DNA of 64,000 bases from the human T2T-CHM13v2.0 reference genome, Homo sapiens. The DNA lies in assembly GCF_009914755.1 (NCBI RefSeq), contig NC_060928.1. One strand, given 5' to 3'. Positions within the stretch are counted from its first letter, which is position 1. Every line of letters begins with the position of its first letter. Shown one piece after another: positions 63,800-64,000 of this stretch. Made by a program: the position numbers and the translations under genes. Under the pieces are notes generated by a model. That model was not told the origin of the DNA. It saw only the letters and a list, made by a program, of their open reading frames with translations, and searched no databases.

Positions 63800-63980
63800 A
63801 TTTTGAGTCTAGGATCTTTCACTTAGTGGATTAGCAACGTAGGCAAGTTGCTTCTCTTTTTTTAGTCTAACTTTTCCACCTACTTAAAGAGCACAACGCA
63901 TGATGTTCCCTATTAGGTTTCTTCCCTATTTAAAGGAGCTATGGTATATGAAGCATATACGAGTCAATTAGCTAAAACTA
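63800..63980 (+). mobile_element. MIR
   Basis: Degenerate MIR (TAGGCAAGTTGCTTCTCT...TTTTCCACCTACTTAAAG). Confidence 0.5.
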
Positions 63981-64000
63981 GTTCTCCCTTCAAGGTTACC

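Overview
This is AT-rich primate genomic DNA, probably human or another catarrhine given the AluY and young L1PA copies. It reads as gene-poor intergenic or deep intronic sequence. I find no credible protein-coding gene, RNA gene or CpG island. The ORF track is explained by Alu, L1, L2 and CR1 remnants and by simple repeats. Much of the window is interspersed repeats: 13 Alus, several L1s, many MaLR/ERVL solo LTRs, MIR/L2, an ancient L3/CR1 fragment and hAT MITEs, often nested with readable target-site duplications (TSDs). The most interesting item is a TSD-flanked L1MA2-like element (27185-31118) whose 5' UTR deletion appears to follow GT-AG splice boundaries, i.e. a candidate ancient spliced retrocopy. 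Other notable items: an Alu-tail-derived 211-bp pure purine tract with (GAA)23, a perfect 44-bp tandem duplication inside an old L2, a well-formed candidate 119-nt exon (32332-32450), several fold-back scars and a few candidate regulatory segments. Subfamily names come from my recollection of consensus sequences and need RepeatMasker/Dfam confirmation. I do not see a convincing new multi-gene biological system here.
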